Of a stretch of DNA of 64,000 nucleotides, positions 27,639-37,455 are shown piece after piece. Below the pieces are notes generated by a model. It searched no databases and had not been told where the DNA came from. It was given only the letters and a program-made list of their open reading frames with translations. The DNA is from Armatimonadota bacterium (lineage in GTDB: Bacteria > Armatimonadota > UBA5829 > DTLH01): contig JBDKUN010000062.1 in the NCBI GenBank assembly GCA_039679675.1, positions 32,001-96,000 of the forward strand. Reading direction: 5' to 3'. Both the position numbers and the translations under genes were made by a program. How positions within the stretch are numbered: the stretch's first letter is position 1; the number at the start of each line of letters is the position of its first letter.

Positions 27639-28481
27639 ATGAAGGAAGATCTTCCTATCAGGAGATTAGGGATCGGACTTGCTATAGCGCTTATGCTCGG
27701 TATGCTTATCATCCCGGCTGTAGCCCAGCAAACCGATCAAAACCTTGATTTACTGCCTTTCCCCAGACAGAGCGCAACCATCACCCTGGCGAATACCGGA
27801 CTTGATATCACGCCGGCGCAGCTTAATCCAGGCCCGGTCACATTTACCGTAGTCAATAATTCGGATACAGCGCGCGGCGTGTATATAACGGGGAATGACA
27901 GGGTCGGAAACCCACTGCTTCGTTATTCTATGAGAATTATGCCCGGAGCCAGCACGACAATGGAGTTCTGGATGTATCAGGGCAATAACTACACTTTCCA
28001 TGACTTCACATCGAAGAAGATCGTAAATGACGAATCATCTTTTACCAGCAATTTCTCTACCCAGATGAGCATCGCTACCCCATTTCCTATCGGCAGGGGG
28101 CCGCAGTATGAACCGCAGACAGGTACGATTACCATTACTAACACCGGGATAGAGGTAAACCCCCGGACCAGCAGACAGGGACCTATCACATTTAACATTA
28201 TCAACCGTTCAAATCACCTGAGCGGCGTTGTTATTTCCGGGGAAGACAGAAGCGGCACACCCATCATCCGGTATACGAGGATGATACGGCCGGGAATGAG
28301 CGCAAATATGAGCTTCTGGCTCTACGAAGGGAAGGACTACACCATACGTGACTTCACGAGAAGGTACGCGGTAGGCAGCCAGATGAAGTTTGAGAGCAGA
28401 TTCAGGACGACACTTACCGTTAGCCCCGGATCTCCTGCCTTTGGAGCCGGGCCGTCTATGCCAGATCCGCAGGATCAATAA
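27639..28481 (+). CDS. Secreted protein with two tandem cupredoxin/Ig-like beta repeats
   Basis: Signal peptide; internal repeat GPVTFTVVN...PG.....FWMYQG / GPITFNIIN...PG.....FWLYEG. Confidence 0.7.
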   Translation: MKEDLPIRRLGIGLAIALMLGMLIIPAVAQQTDQNLDLLPFPRQSATITLANTGLDITPAQLNPGPVTFTVVNNSDTARGVYITGNDRVGNPLLRYSMRIMPGASTTMEFWMYQGNNYTFHDFTSKKIVNDESSFTSNFSTQMSIATPFPIGRGPQYEPQTGTITITNTGIEVNPRTSRQGPITFNIINRSNHLSGVVISGEDRSGTPIIRYTRMIRPGMSANMSFWLYEGKDYTIRDFTRRYAVGSQMKFESRFRTTLTVSPGSPAFGAGPSMPDPQDQ

Positions 28482-28502
28482 GTGCGGAATGCTTCTTAGC
28501 TC

Positions 28503-28537
28503 AAAGGCTCCCGCAGCTTACACTGCGGGGGCTTTTC
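28503..28537. terminator. Bidirectional intrinsic terminator
   Basis: GGCTCCCGCAG-loop-CTGCGGGGGCTTTT between convergent genes. Confidence 0.75.
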
Positions 28538-28565
28538 TACTGATTGCATCAGTTTCGGGTTTAAG

Positions 28566-29852
28566 CTATTTTGGGATTGAGATGGTGGCCGTTGTTCCCT
28601 TGCCCTCTTTGCTTGAGATGTTGAACTGTCCGCCGTGCGCTTCGACCAACCTGCATGCGATGCTCAAGCCCAGCCCAGAGTGGCAATCGCCTGGGGTTCT
28701 TGCCGCATCTGCCCGGTAGAACGGGTCGGATACATAGGGCATGTCCTCAGCCTTGATGCCTTTTCCTGTGTCACTGATGGTAATTTTAATAGGATTTTTG
28801 TCTTCCAGCCGGATCTTCAGTTCCGCGCCCTTTCCTGCATAGCTGATCGCGTTTTCCACTATGTTGTTAAGCACTTGGGTTATACGGTCGGGATCGACAC
28901 TTGCCGTAACGGATGAAGTGCCCTCCAAAGGATGCAGCACGATTCCGGCTGCTGCTGCTTCATCGTCGTATGACCGGATGACCGATTCGATCAGTTCCCG
29001 TAAATCTGCCTGCCGGATATTAAGCGGGAAGTCTTCCAGGTCGAGCTTGGCCAGTTCCATCAAATCCTGCACAAGCCTGAGCAGCCGCTCAGATGTGCCG
29101 ACCAGGGCGGTTACGGCGCGTTCTCTCCGTTCCGGTTTATCAGCCAGTCCATCTTGCAGTGCTCCTGCCATAGTGCGCATGGTAGTTACAGGGCTCCTGA
29201 GTTCGTGTGCAATGTCTGCGAGGAACTGCCTGCGGCGCTCGGCGTCTTCTTCGAGATGGCTGATCTGGTCGGAGACCTGCTGTGCCATTACATTCATCGC
29301 TGCAGCTACTTCGGTAAACTCATTATTCCCCTTAGTTGGTATACGGTAACTGAAATTGCCGGATTGGAATGCTTCGGCTCCATCTGCCAACTGTGTAAGC
29401 GGTCTTGTGAACCTGCGCCCAAGCCATGCTCCTGCCAGCACCGCAAGTCCGAGAGCAATCACTAACCTGAGGATGAGGCTTCTGACTTCAAACTGGGCCC
29501 GGGAAGGCCAATCCGGACCTCTGTCAGGACGCTGTGGCTGCGGACGCTGGCCGGATGCGCCGTCTATTGGATGATTCGGTTCCTGCCGTTGATCTTGTTG
29601 CAGTTCATGGTTGCTATGATTCCTGGGGAATGGTGGCCTTCCGGTAAGAAATTCGACAATTCCGAATTTCGGCTCTGGAATCGGCTTAGGGTAGATGTCG
29701 GGATGCGCTACCATCTGCTGGTGAAACGAACGGAAGTTCAGATAGTTCAGATAGTTCGATATACCGCTGCTCAGAATCCAGCTGAGTACTATTGTAAGCA
29801 GGATTGCAACAGCCAGATGAATGCGCGTGCTAGCCTTCGGGACGATAGGCAT
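28566..29852 (-). CDS. HAMP-domain sensor histidine kinase (BaeS/CpxA-like)
   Basis: 2 TM, HAMP, AHELRSP, NIVENAISY, DTGKGI, GLGLSI. Confidence 0.93.
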   Translation of the reverse strand: MPIVPKASTRIHLAVAILLTIVLSWILSSGISNYLNYLNFRSFHQQMVAHPDIYPKPIPEPKFGIVEFLTGRPPFPRNHSNHELQQDQRQEPNHPIDGASGQRPQPQRPDRGPDWPSRAQFEVRSLILRLVIALGLAVLAGAWLGRRFTRPLTQLADGAEAFQSGNFSYRIPTKGNNEFTEVAAAMNVMAQQVSDQISHLEEDAERRRQFLADIAHELRSPVTTMRTMAGALQDGLADKPERRERAVTALVGTSERLLRLVQDLMELAKLDLEDFPLNIRQADLRELIESVIRSYDDEAAAAGIVLHPLEGTSSVTASVDPDRITQVLNNIVENAISYAGKGAELKIRLEDKNPIKITISDTGKGIKAEDMPYVSDPFYRADAARTPGDCHSGLGLSIACRLVEAHGGQFNISSKEGKGTTATISIPK

Positions 29853-30510
29853 ATCCGACTCCTCTTATAGTCACGATTGGAAAATCAACGCAGCCTGCTC
29901 CGGCAAGCTTGTCGCGCAGGCGGTAGACAAGATTGTCTACAAGACGGTGTTCGCCGTAGAAATCGTCCTTCCAGATGGCCTCGACTAATTGTTCTCTTGA
30001 TAAAACGACCTGCGGTTTCCCCATAAGCGCAGCCAGGAGATCAAACTCCATCGTAGTAAGCTCGACAAGCTTCCCGTCGATGCTGACCCGGTGTTCATCC
30101 AGGGAGAGTTCCAGATTTCTCCACTTGTAAGCGGGCGCAATCACCCGGCTGCGGTTTTTTCTCCGCATAAGAGCCTGTATTCGTGCGACCAGTTCCGATG
30201 TATGGAAAGGTTTGGTTACGTAATCGTCCGCACCTAGCTTTAGAGCACGCACTTTGTCGATCTCATCATCGCGGGCGGAGAGCATTATTATGATGGCATC
30301 GGACTCGATGCTGATTACCTCACACACCTTGATCCCGTCTATCTTGGGCATCATGATGTCGAGTATTACCAGGTCAGGACGCTCTTTTCGGAATGTTTCG
30401 ATAGCAGCTTCGCCATCGGAAGCCGTAATAATCTGGAAGCCTTCCGCTTCAAGATACCATCGAAGTCCCTCGATCAGATCTATGTCATCATCAACTATCA
30501 GAATACGCAT
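29830..30510 (-). CDS. OmpR-family response regulator
   Basis: IVDDD, LDIMMP, GADDYVTKPF, wHTH ending TIRGVGY. Confidence 0.95.
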   Translation of the reverse strand: MRILIVDDDIDLIEGLRWYLEAEGFQIITASDGEAAIETFRKERPDLVILDIMMPKIDGIKVCEVISIESDAIIIMLSARDDEIDKVRALKLGADDYVTKPFHTSELVARIQALMRRKNRSRVIAPAYKWRNLELSLDEHRVSIDGKLVELTTMEFDLLAALMGKPQVVLSREQLVEAIWKDDFYGEHRLVDNLVYRLRDKLAGAGCVDFPIVTIRGVGYAYRPEG

Positions 30511-30767
30511 AATAACTTGGCATTCCCGCATAACTAAGCATTACTTACACTGAATTCTAGCATCCAACTCAGCACATGGCAAACAAATCTAACCGATGTG
30601 ATGTAAGTTACACAAAAGTGCGATGCCGATGTGATCTCTCGGCGGAACCGGATATATAAGCGATTGAGTCAAAGCAACTGGAAGCAGGCTGCAGCTCAAA
30701 AGGCTTCCTAATAATCACGAATTGCGTGAACACAAAACAAAAGGAATCACGTAAGGAGGAATTCAAA

Positions 30768-31304
30768 ATGAAAAGGACAATGTTGGTCGCAGTAATGTTG
30801 GTACTGGCTGTGTGTGTGACGCCGGTATGGAGCCAGGGTGGACCCAAGCCCGGTGGGCACGGTGGACCCGGCGGATGCATGCCCGGTGCAGTTATGTCGG
30901 TTCCGCTTCCGCCGCCGGCTGGCGCGATAGACAGCATAACTGAGTTGCTGGGACTTACGACGGAGCAGGCATCTTCTCTTAAGGATGTCCTGACATCGAG
31001 CGATGAGACCATTCAACCGCTTCTGAAGGCGTCTGCTGATGCATCCAAAGCTCTGTGCGATGCCGTATTTGCTTCCGAATACGATGCTGCCACGGTGGAA
31101 GAGCTAAAGGCCAAATTAGTGACCGCTCAGACCCAGGTCATGGATGCCTGCATCAATACATGGTCTCAGATAAGAGAAGTAGTAACTGCTGACCAGTTCA
31201 TAAAACTGAAGGCAGGGCCCGGCGGTTGTGGCGATCCTTCGAGCGGAACATCGACTTCCGATACCAAATCGGGTACCGCATCATCTACCGTGAAGAAACG
31301 CTGA
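30768..31304 (+). CDS. Spy/CpxP-like periplasmic protein 1
   Basis: Signal peptide, LGLTTEQ and W.QIREVVTADQ motifs. Confidence 0.78.
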   Translation: MKRTMLVAVMLVLAVCVTPVWSQGGPKPGGHGGPGGCMPGAVMSVPLPPPAGAIDSITELLGLTTEQASSLKDVLTSSDETIQPLLKASADASKALCDAVFASEYDAATVEELKAKLVTAQTQVMDACINTWSQIREVVTADQFIKLKAGPGGCGDPSSGTSTSDTKSGTASSTVKKR

Positions 31305-31656
31305 TATCATTAAAGATTTTCGGCTGATTAATTAACGGCCAATCATATATTGGCTGTTGCCGAAAATCTTCCGGAAGAGTTTCAGGTGTAAGTGTAAAAT
31401 CAACAGATAAAGCTACATCAGAGAACTGTTTATATAGTTGTAAGGCTGTTACTTTATCTCCTGAAACTCTGTAGGTAGAAATCACGTTTATGTGCCCCCG
31501 CGATGCAGCGGGGGCGAAAATCCTGACTCGAAACTCTTTAAACAGAATTACGATGTTATTGTGATTTTTCCTGCTGAGTCCTCATGGTAACATTGAATGG
31601 GAGCAAGCAGTAATAGAATTACCGATCCAAGAGTTATCCGTAAGGAGGAACCTGAG

Positions 31657-32196
31657 ATGAAGAACACTATTTTAGTTGCAGTGACGCTGGCGATATGCGT
31701 GTGTGCAGCACCAGTATTGAGCCAGGGACCGGGTAGACCGGGTGGTCAGAGTGGAATGGGCAGATTTGGCATGTCCTGCCCCGTAATGGCGGTAATGCCA
31801 CCACAATCAGCATCGATTGACCGCCTGTCTGAGTCTCTTCAGCTCACTGAAGATCAGACATCGAAGCTTAAAAGCGTTTTGACAAAAAACGAAGAGACTG
31901 TAAACGCGCTTTCCAAGAAATCAGCCGAGGCTGCCAAAGCGCTTAGGACGGCTGTGATGGCTGATGACTTCAGCGCTGAGAATGTAAAATTGCTTGCGGA
32001 CAAGGCGGAGAAGGCCGAAGCTGCCGTAGTCAGTGCGATCATAGATGAATGGGTGCAGATCAGGGCGATCCTTACTACGGATCAGGTCAAGACGATGCAG
32101 GAGACCATGAGCAAACATCAAGGTTCGGGACAGAGACCGTCTGGCCCCCCGCCTGGTGCGGACGATCTTACACCACCGCCAGCACCTGAGCGGTAA
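31657..32196 (+). CDS. Spy/CpxP-like periplasmic protein 2
   Basis: Signal peptide, LQLTEDQ and WVQIRAILTTDQ motifs. Confidence 0.82.
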   Translation: MKNTILVAVTLAICVCAAPVLSQGPGRPGGQSGMGRFGMSCPVMAVMPPQSASIDRLSESLQLTEDQTSKLKSVLTKNEETVNALSKKSAEAAKALRTAVMADDFSAENVKLLADKAEKAEAAVVSAIIDEWVQIRAILTTDQVKTMQETMSKHQGSGQRPSGPPPGADDLTPPPAPER

Positions 32197-32252
32197 TCAG
32201 GAGAAGGTTGGCTGCAGATATATATACAGCCGATCAGGTCAATTTCCCGACT

Positions 32253-32284
32253 AAGCCCCTGTAAGCATCCCTGCAGGGGCTTTT
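32253..32284 (+). terminator. Intrinsic terminator
   Basis: AAGCCCCTG...CAGGGGCTTTT. Confidence 0.7.
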
Positions 32285-32470
32285 GATTTTTATAATCTCG
32301 ATTAGGTCGCGACAATACTTAAATATAACTACGATGCATCTGTGATTGTTCAGAGAAACCACCCTTGAGGTTGCATCGTCAATATAAGTAAGAAGCATAC
32401 AAGGGTAATGGGTAGGTTTTAGGACAGGTGTCCCGAAACTACAAAAATCCTTCAATAGGAGAAATATGAA

Positions 32471-32974
32471 ATGAAAAAGACAGTGTTAGTGGCAGCAGTG
32501 TTGGCAATATTGGTTTCCGCAGTGGCTGTCTGGAGCCAGAGCGCTCACCGAGGCAGGCCCGGCGGTATGATGCCGCGTATGATGGCATGCCCTCAGGCAG
32601 CGGTGATGACGCCGCATGCGGGTATGATCGACCGAATGGCCGGAACGCTTAAACTCACCAAAACCCAAACAGCAAAGCTGAAGAAGATTGCCGCAGATGG
32701 CGATAAGACTCTGCAGCCGCTTCAATCGAGTTCCGAGAAATCCTGCAAGGCGCTGCGTTCAGCAATGCTGGCGTCCAAATACAACGCCGGCAACGTCAAA
32801 AGCCTTGCGGCCAAGGCAGAAAAGGCTGAGGCCAGGGTTGTGACCGCAAATATCGACATCTGGACCAGGATGAGGTCAGTGCTGACGGCGAGCCAGTCGG
32901 CCAAACTGCAGAAAATGATGAATATGAACCGGCCTCCGCAGGGACCGGCTGGGCCTCCTCCGGATATGAGATAG
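32471..32974 (+). CDS. Spy/CpxP-like periplasmic protein 3
   Basis: Signal peptide, LKLTKTQ and WTRMRSVLTASQ motifs. Confidence 0.82.
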   Translation: MKKTVLVAAVLAILVSAVAVWSQSAHRGRPGGMMPRMMACPQAAVMTPHAGMIDRMAGTLKLTKTQTAKLKKIAADGDKTLQPLQSSSEKSCKALRSAMLASKYNAGNVKSLAAKAEKAEARVVTANIDIWTRMRSVLTASQSAKLQKMMNMNRPPQGPAGPPPDMR

Positions 32975-32998
32975 GTGATGAGTGAAAGGACTGCTTTC

Positions 32999-33211
32999 AT
33001 GAAAGAGGATTTAGTGGCTCAATGCACAGCCGGCGTGATTGACGTGCATCGCCTGATCCTTAGACTTACCGACCGTGGTGATTGCACACCGGCAGATATA
33101 AGCACTGAATCGGAAGCGTATCTCAAAGAAAAGTTGGAGACACTGACGCCGGGTGAGTGCGAAATGACTAATCTTGCGATGGAAATCCTGCGCACGGCGC
33201 TAGATGCATAA
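32999..33211 (+). CDS. 70-aa MarR paralog lacking the winged-helix DNA-binding region
   Basis: Both ends align with the MarR at 34015; AAAGGA RBS. Confidence 0.65.
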   Translation: MKEDLVAQCTAGVIDVHRLILRLTDRGDCTPADISTESEAYLKEKLETLTPGECEMTNLAMEILRTALDA

Positions 33212-33246
33212 GGGGTTTCAGGCGTAGGACACGCCTGAAACCCCTT
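33210..33246. terminator. Long perfect hairpin between convergent genes
   Basis: AAGGGGTTTCAGGCGT-loop-ACGCCTGAAACCCCTT. Confidence 0.75.
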
Positions 33247-33310
33247 GAAAAGTTTTTGCCGATATGTTCTATACACAATTGTTTGTTGATAGGATAATCA
33301 AAATCGGCAG

Positions 33311-33817
33311 CTAAGCAATTGCTTCGCTTATCTCGTCGAATATACTGGACATCAGGTCATGTATATCGCTGTTGGGCTTATTGCTTTCGTTCTGTTGTTG
33401 CGAGTACTCGTTGGATGCTCCCTGAGCACCTCCTGCAGGGGGAGGCGGGGGAGGAGGTCCTTGAGGCTGGAGTTCAGATGCGTCGCCGCTTTCTGCAGCA
33501 CTTTCGAACTTCTTTGCCATATCTGTTAACATTTCGGCGTCTTTTCCGGTCAGGTTTTCCGCCGCGCTATTTAGCTTGTCGGCTATGTCGGAGCAGACTG
33601 ATTTGAACTTTTCAGGGTCGGACTTTGCCAGTTCCTGAAGTTTGCTGAACATCTCTCCCGGCCCTGATATGTCGAGAGAATCGGGCTGGTCTAGGATGCT
33701 TGCAGCGGTTCCTGTTGTGTTTGTCGATGTCGAAGACGACAAAGAGCCGGTTGCTTGTGTCCCGTAGAGTTCGGTAAGGCTCGTTATGGAGCTGTTGTTT
33801 AATGCACATACACTCAT
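33311..33817 (-). CDS. Hypothetical protein, S/T-rich N-terminus, poly-Pro tract
   Basis: AAGGAGG RBS; 168 aa; no Sec signal peptide visible. Confidence 0.75.
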   Translation of the reverse strand: MSVCALNNSSITSLTELYGTQATGSLSSSTSTNTTGTAASILDQPDSLDISGPGEMFSKLQELAKSDPEKFKSVCSDIADKLNSAAENLTGKDAEMLTDMAKKFESAAESGDASELQPQGPPPPPPPAGGAQGASNEYSQQQNESNKPNSDIHDLMSSIFDEISEAIA

Positions 33818-33843
33818 GGGATTTTCCTCCTTAAAAGGGTCAC

Positions 33844-33997
33844 TTACTTGATATTTACAAGTAATATGTCATGAAATGTATCGACACAACATATCAAAGA
33901 CTTTAGATGATTAACGTAATTCAAAGAATAATATGCAGAATTGCCGATAAATTGCCATAATTAGTGGAACAAAGAAATAGTTGCAAGAGTCAAATAT
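33844..33997. promoter_or_regulatory. Two 7-7-7 inverted repeats (candidate MarR operators) and sigma28-like boxes
   Basis: TTACTTG-N7-CAAGTAA (33844-33864); ATAGTTG-N7-CAAATAT (33977-33997); minus-strand TAAA-N16-GTCGATAC (33878-33905); GCCGATAA at 33943. Confidence 0.5.
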
Positions 33998-34014
33998 TAG
34001 AAAGGAGGATGGCC

Positions 34015-34503
34015 ATGCCAAACGATGTTATAGACCAATGCGCGGCAAAAGTAATGGAAACGTGCCATTTTGTCACGCAATCCATCGGAACAGAGATGAA
34101 CAGGCGTACTCCTACATCACTGTCTATCCGTCAGATAGCAGCATTGATGACTATCAGAGATCAGCAGGGTTCATCGCTCTCTATTCTATCAGAGAATATC
34201 GGCTGCACTATTTCGTCGGCATCGAAATTGTTGGATGGTTTGGTGGAACGCGGATATGTTGTCCGCGCTACAGCTGAACATGATAGAAGAAAGCTGATGT
34301 TAACACTCACCTGCGAGGGAGAAGAAGCTTTAAAGGTCATCAGTAATAGCAGTATGCTGCTTCTCAAAGAAAAACTATCGGTTTTTACGCCAAATGAGTG
34401 CCTGATGGTGAATCTGGTAATGGATCTCCTTCATAAAGCACTTTCGGCCGGTCTTCCCAATTCCGCCGGGAAGCCTACAGAGACGGAGGTATGTAAGTTG
34501 TGA
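34015..34503 (+). CDS. MarR-family transcriptional regulator
   Basis: SASKLLDGLVERGYV.R....DRR...LTLT.EG motif. Confidence 0.92.
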   Translation: MPNDVIDQCAAKVMETCHFVTQSIGTEMNRRTPTSLSIRQIAALMTIRDQQGSSLSILSENIGCTISSASKLLDGLVERGYVVRATAEHDRRKLMLTLTCEGEEALKVISNSSMLLLKEKLSVFTPNECLMVNLVMDLLHKALSAGLPNSAGKPTETEVCKL

Positions 34504-35786
34504 GGATAGTAAGGTCTCTATTATGTCTTACTGCGCTGCTTGCGGTATCCACTTTTTGCAATGCAGCGGAGGAGGTGCAGAAAAACAAAGCGCTTTCACT
34601 GGAGGAGTGCATCGAAATCGCAATGCGCGGCAATGTCGATGTTTTGACCGCGAAAAACAACGTTACGGCAGCTAAAAACCGTTCCGTCAGCGCAAAAAGC
34701 GACTATCTTCCGCAGATGTCGGTGCAGAACAACGCTTTCACATGGGGTTCGGACGGCGTCCTTAACAAAACGACCACAGGAACTGCTCTTACCGTGAGCC
34801 AGAATATATTCGACGGCGGGCTGCGCGAAGCAAATGTGCAGTCAGCGAAATACGGTATGACGCAGAACACGGCAAAGTTGACGCGCACCGTGCAGACTGT
34901 GGATTACAACGTGAGTAAGTCTTATTATGAAGTCCTCCGTGCGCGGCATCTTGCTGGAGTGGCGGAAGCGAACGTGAATTACAATAAGGGGCTGCTCGAT
35001 CAGGTGCAGGCCCGCGCTGAAGTGGGTGCAGCGGCAAAGATCGACATTCTTCCCATAGAAGCACAGCTCGCAAGCGCTCGCGTAAGCCTTCTGTCGGCTC
35101 AAAATACTGTCCGCACATCTGCGATCCAGCTGCAGAATATTATGGGGCTTACATCGCAGCCAGGGTTCGATATAGCCGAGGTGGATGAGACGCCGGCTGC
35201 TGATTCAATGCCTTTGGACGAATATGTGGCAACAGCGCTCAAATCTCGCCCTGATATTCTTGAGAACCAGGCTGCGATAGGTTCGGCGAAAGCATTGGTC
35301 AAATCCGCGAAGATCTCACTTTATCCTCGTCCGGCAGTAACCGCTGAATACCAGCGGCAGGTGTCAGGAGGGTTCACGACTGGCGGTACCCAGGTGGTCG
35401 GCGGGATAGTATACAATATCTTTAACGGCGGAGCCAACCGGGCTGCCTACAAGGAAGCCAAGGCCAACCAGGCTAATGCGGAACTGCAGGAAGAACAGAT
35501 GGGCAGAGACATCCGTTCTGAAGTAGAAGAAGCCTACTATAACCTGACGAACGCCCAGGAGCGGGTGACTGCAAGTGCCCTCAGCCTTAAGGCTGCCGAT
35601 AATAACTATCAGGCGCAGAAAGAGAGATATTCTCAAGGGCTGGGTACCACGCTGGACTTGCTTAACGCCGAGGTGCAGTTTGTAACTGCCCAGAGCGATG
35701 ATGTTCAAGCCCGTTACGATTACTATATTGCCGTTGCCCAGATGGAGTATGCGGTAGGCAAACAAGGAGGAGCATATGAAAAGTAG
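34500..35786 (+). CDS. TolC-family outer membrane efflux protein
   Basis: Signal peptide, two OEP repeats, RY.QGLGT.LDLLNAE motif. Confidence 0.92.
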   Translation: MRIVRSLLCLTALLAVSTFCNAAEEVQKNKALSLEECIEIAMRGNVDVLTAKNNVTAAKNRSVSAKSDYLPQMSVQNNAFTWGSDGVLNKTTTGTALTVSQNIFDGGLREANVQSAKYGMTQNTAKLTRTVQTVDYNVSKSYYEVLRARHLAGVAEANVNYNKGLLDQVQARAEVGAAAKIDILPIEAQLASARVSLLSAQNTVRTSAIQLQNIMGLTSQPGFDIAEVDETPAADSMPLDEYVATALKSRPDILENQAAIGSAKALVKSAKISLYPRPAVTAEYQRQVSGGFTTGGTQVVGGIVYNIFNGGANRAAYKEAKANQANAELQEEQMGRDIRSEVEEAYYNLTNAQERVTASALSLKAADNNYQAQKERYSQGLGTTLDLLNAEVQFVTAQSDDVQARYDYYIAVAQMEYAVGKQGGAYEK

Positions 35787-37443
35787 AAGGCCGCGTCGAA
35801 AGCATCTGATAATAGCCGTAATCGCACTCCTGATTATCACTATTGTAATAGTGCATATGAAAAAATCAGGCAATAAGACGGTTGCGCCTGAGACTGCTGT
35901 TGTTACACGGGGGACGGTATTGTCCAGCGTTTCGGGCAATGGAGTGCTGCAGCCGGTGACCACGGTGGAAGTCAAGTCAAACGTTGGCGGGCAGGTTGTT
36001 AAACTGGCGGTAGACGAAGGTGACCATGTCAAAGCCGGTCAGTTGATAGCCAAGATCGATCCTTCAGACTCAATATCGAACCTCGATCAGTCAAAAGCCG
36101 ATTATTCGAGCTCAGAAGCGCAGGTGAATTCAGCCAAACAGGCGCTTTCCATGCAGCGCCTTCAGACAGCCGCGAACATAGCCAGTGCGGAGCAGGCGCT
36201 TGAATCGAGCAGGCAGAAGTTGCTTCAGGCAGAGCAGGAAGCGAAGGTTCAACCCAGACTCACAAAAGAGTCGATAAAACAGGCTCAGAGTTCGCTGGAG
36301 TCAGCTATTGCGAGCATGACCCAAACGAAGTCGGCATCTGTTCCACAGAAGCTGTCTGCGGCTAAAGCTTCTTACGATGAGGCCAGTGCGTCTTACGATA
36401 ACGCGGAAAAGAGCCTCAAACGCCAGAAGGCTCTTCTGGTAAAGGGATTCGTTTCACAGAGCAATGTAGATGACGCCGAAGCGCAGTATTCGCTTGCGAA
36501 AGGCCAGCTTGAGAGCGCAAAAAGCAAATATGACACGATAAAAGAAGAATCAGACCAGGATCTGAAGTCCGCGGAAGCCAAAGTCGCGCAGGCCAGATCA
36601 GCACTTGAGTCTGCCCGCGCCAATGGAGTGCAGGATGACTTGAAGCTGAAAGAGTTGGCAGCATCCAAAGCGGCTCTGAAACAGGCATTGGCTGCACTTG
36701 CTTCCTCCCGCGCATCATCATATCAGGATCAGATGAAAAGCGAGTCAGTACTTCAGGCTCAGGCTCAGTTGAAGAAATCTAAAGCCGCATTGGAGAACGC
36801 ACAGACCCAGCTCGGCTATACGACTGTTGTCGCACCAAGGGATGGTGTCGTGGTCAAGAAATACGTTGAGTCCGGTTCAATAATCACTGCCGGACGGCAG
36901 GCCATGGCCGGAAGCGGATCAGGAGTCACAATAGTCGATATAGCCGATATAAGCAAAATGCAGGTTGTAGTGGACGTCGACGAGACGGATGTCGGCAAGA
37001 TAACACTCGGCCAGGATGTCGATGTCAGTGTCGATGCATGCCCCGATGAGCTGTTCCCTGCAAAGGTCATTAAGATCGCGCCGGAAGCAGAGGTCAATTC
37101 CAATGTAACTACTGTGCCAGTAACTGTTCAGCTCGATCAGGCAGATTCGAGGCTGAAACCTGAGATGAACGCTACCTGCGACTTCGTGGTCGAGCGAAAA
37201 GAGGATGTGTTGTGTGTGCCTATAGAAGCAGTCACCGAGACGGATGCAGGCACAAATGTCACGGTACTCGGACATGACGGAAAAACCCAGTCTTTTCGCA
37301 AGGTCCAGGTCGGACTGATGGGCAATGACAACTGCGAAATCGTGAGTGGCCTAAAAGAAGGCGAGAAGGTCGTCATACCTGAAGAGGAAACGACGACCAA
37401 GAGTAGTAATTTCCGAGGCGGCGGCGGCCCACCACCAATGTAG
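35776..37443 (+). CDS. MacA/HlyD-type periplasmic adaptor with long coiled coil
   Basis: N-terminal TM, VDEGDHVKAGQLIA, APRDGVV, VDETDVGKI, SGLKEGEKV. Confidence 0.92.
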   Translation: MKSRRPRRKHLIIAVIALLIITIVIVHMKKSGNKTVAPETAVVTRGTVLSSVSGNGVLQPVTTVEVKSNVGGQVVKLAVDEGDHVKAGQLIAKIDPSDSISNLDQSKADYSSSEAQVNSAKQALSMQRLQTAANIASAEQALESSRQKLLQAEQEAKVQPRLTKESIKQAQSSLESAIASMTQTKSASVPQKLSAAKASYDEASASYDNAEKSLKRQKALLVKGFVSQSNVDDAEAQYSLAKGQLESAKSKYDTIKEESDQDLKSAEAKVAQARSALESARANGVQDDLKLKELAASKAALKQALAALASSRASSYQDQMKSESVLQAQAQLKKSKAALENAQTQLGYTTVVAPRDGVVVKKYVESGSIITAGRQAMAGSGSGVTIVDIADISKMQVVVDVDETDVGKITLGQDVDVSVDACPDELFPAKVIKIAPEAEVNSNVTTVPVTVQLDQADSRLKPEMNATCDFVVERKEDVLCVPIEAVTETDAGTNVTVLGHDGKTQSFRKVQVGLMGNDNCEIVSGLKEGEKVVIPEEETTTKSSNFRGGGGPPPM

Positions 37444-37455
37444 GGGAGAATAACT

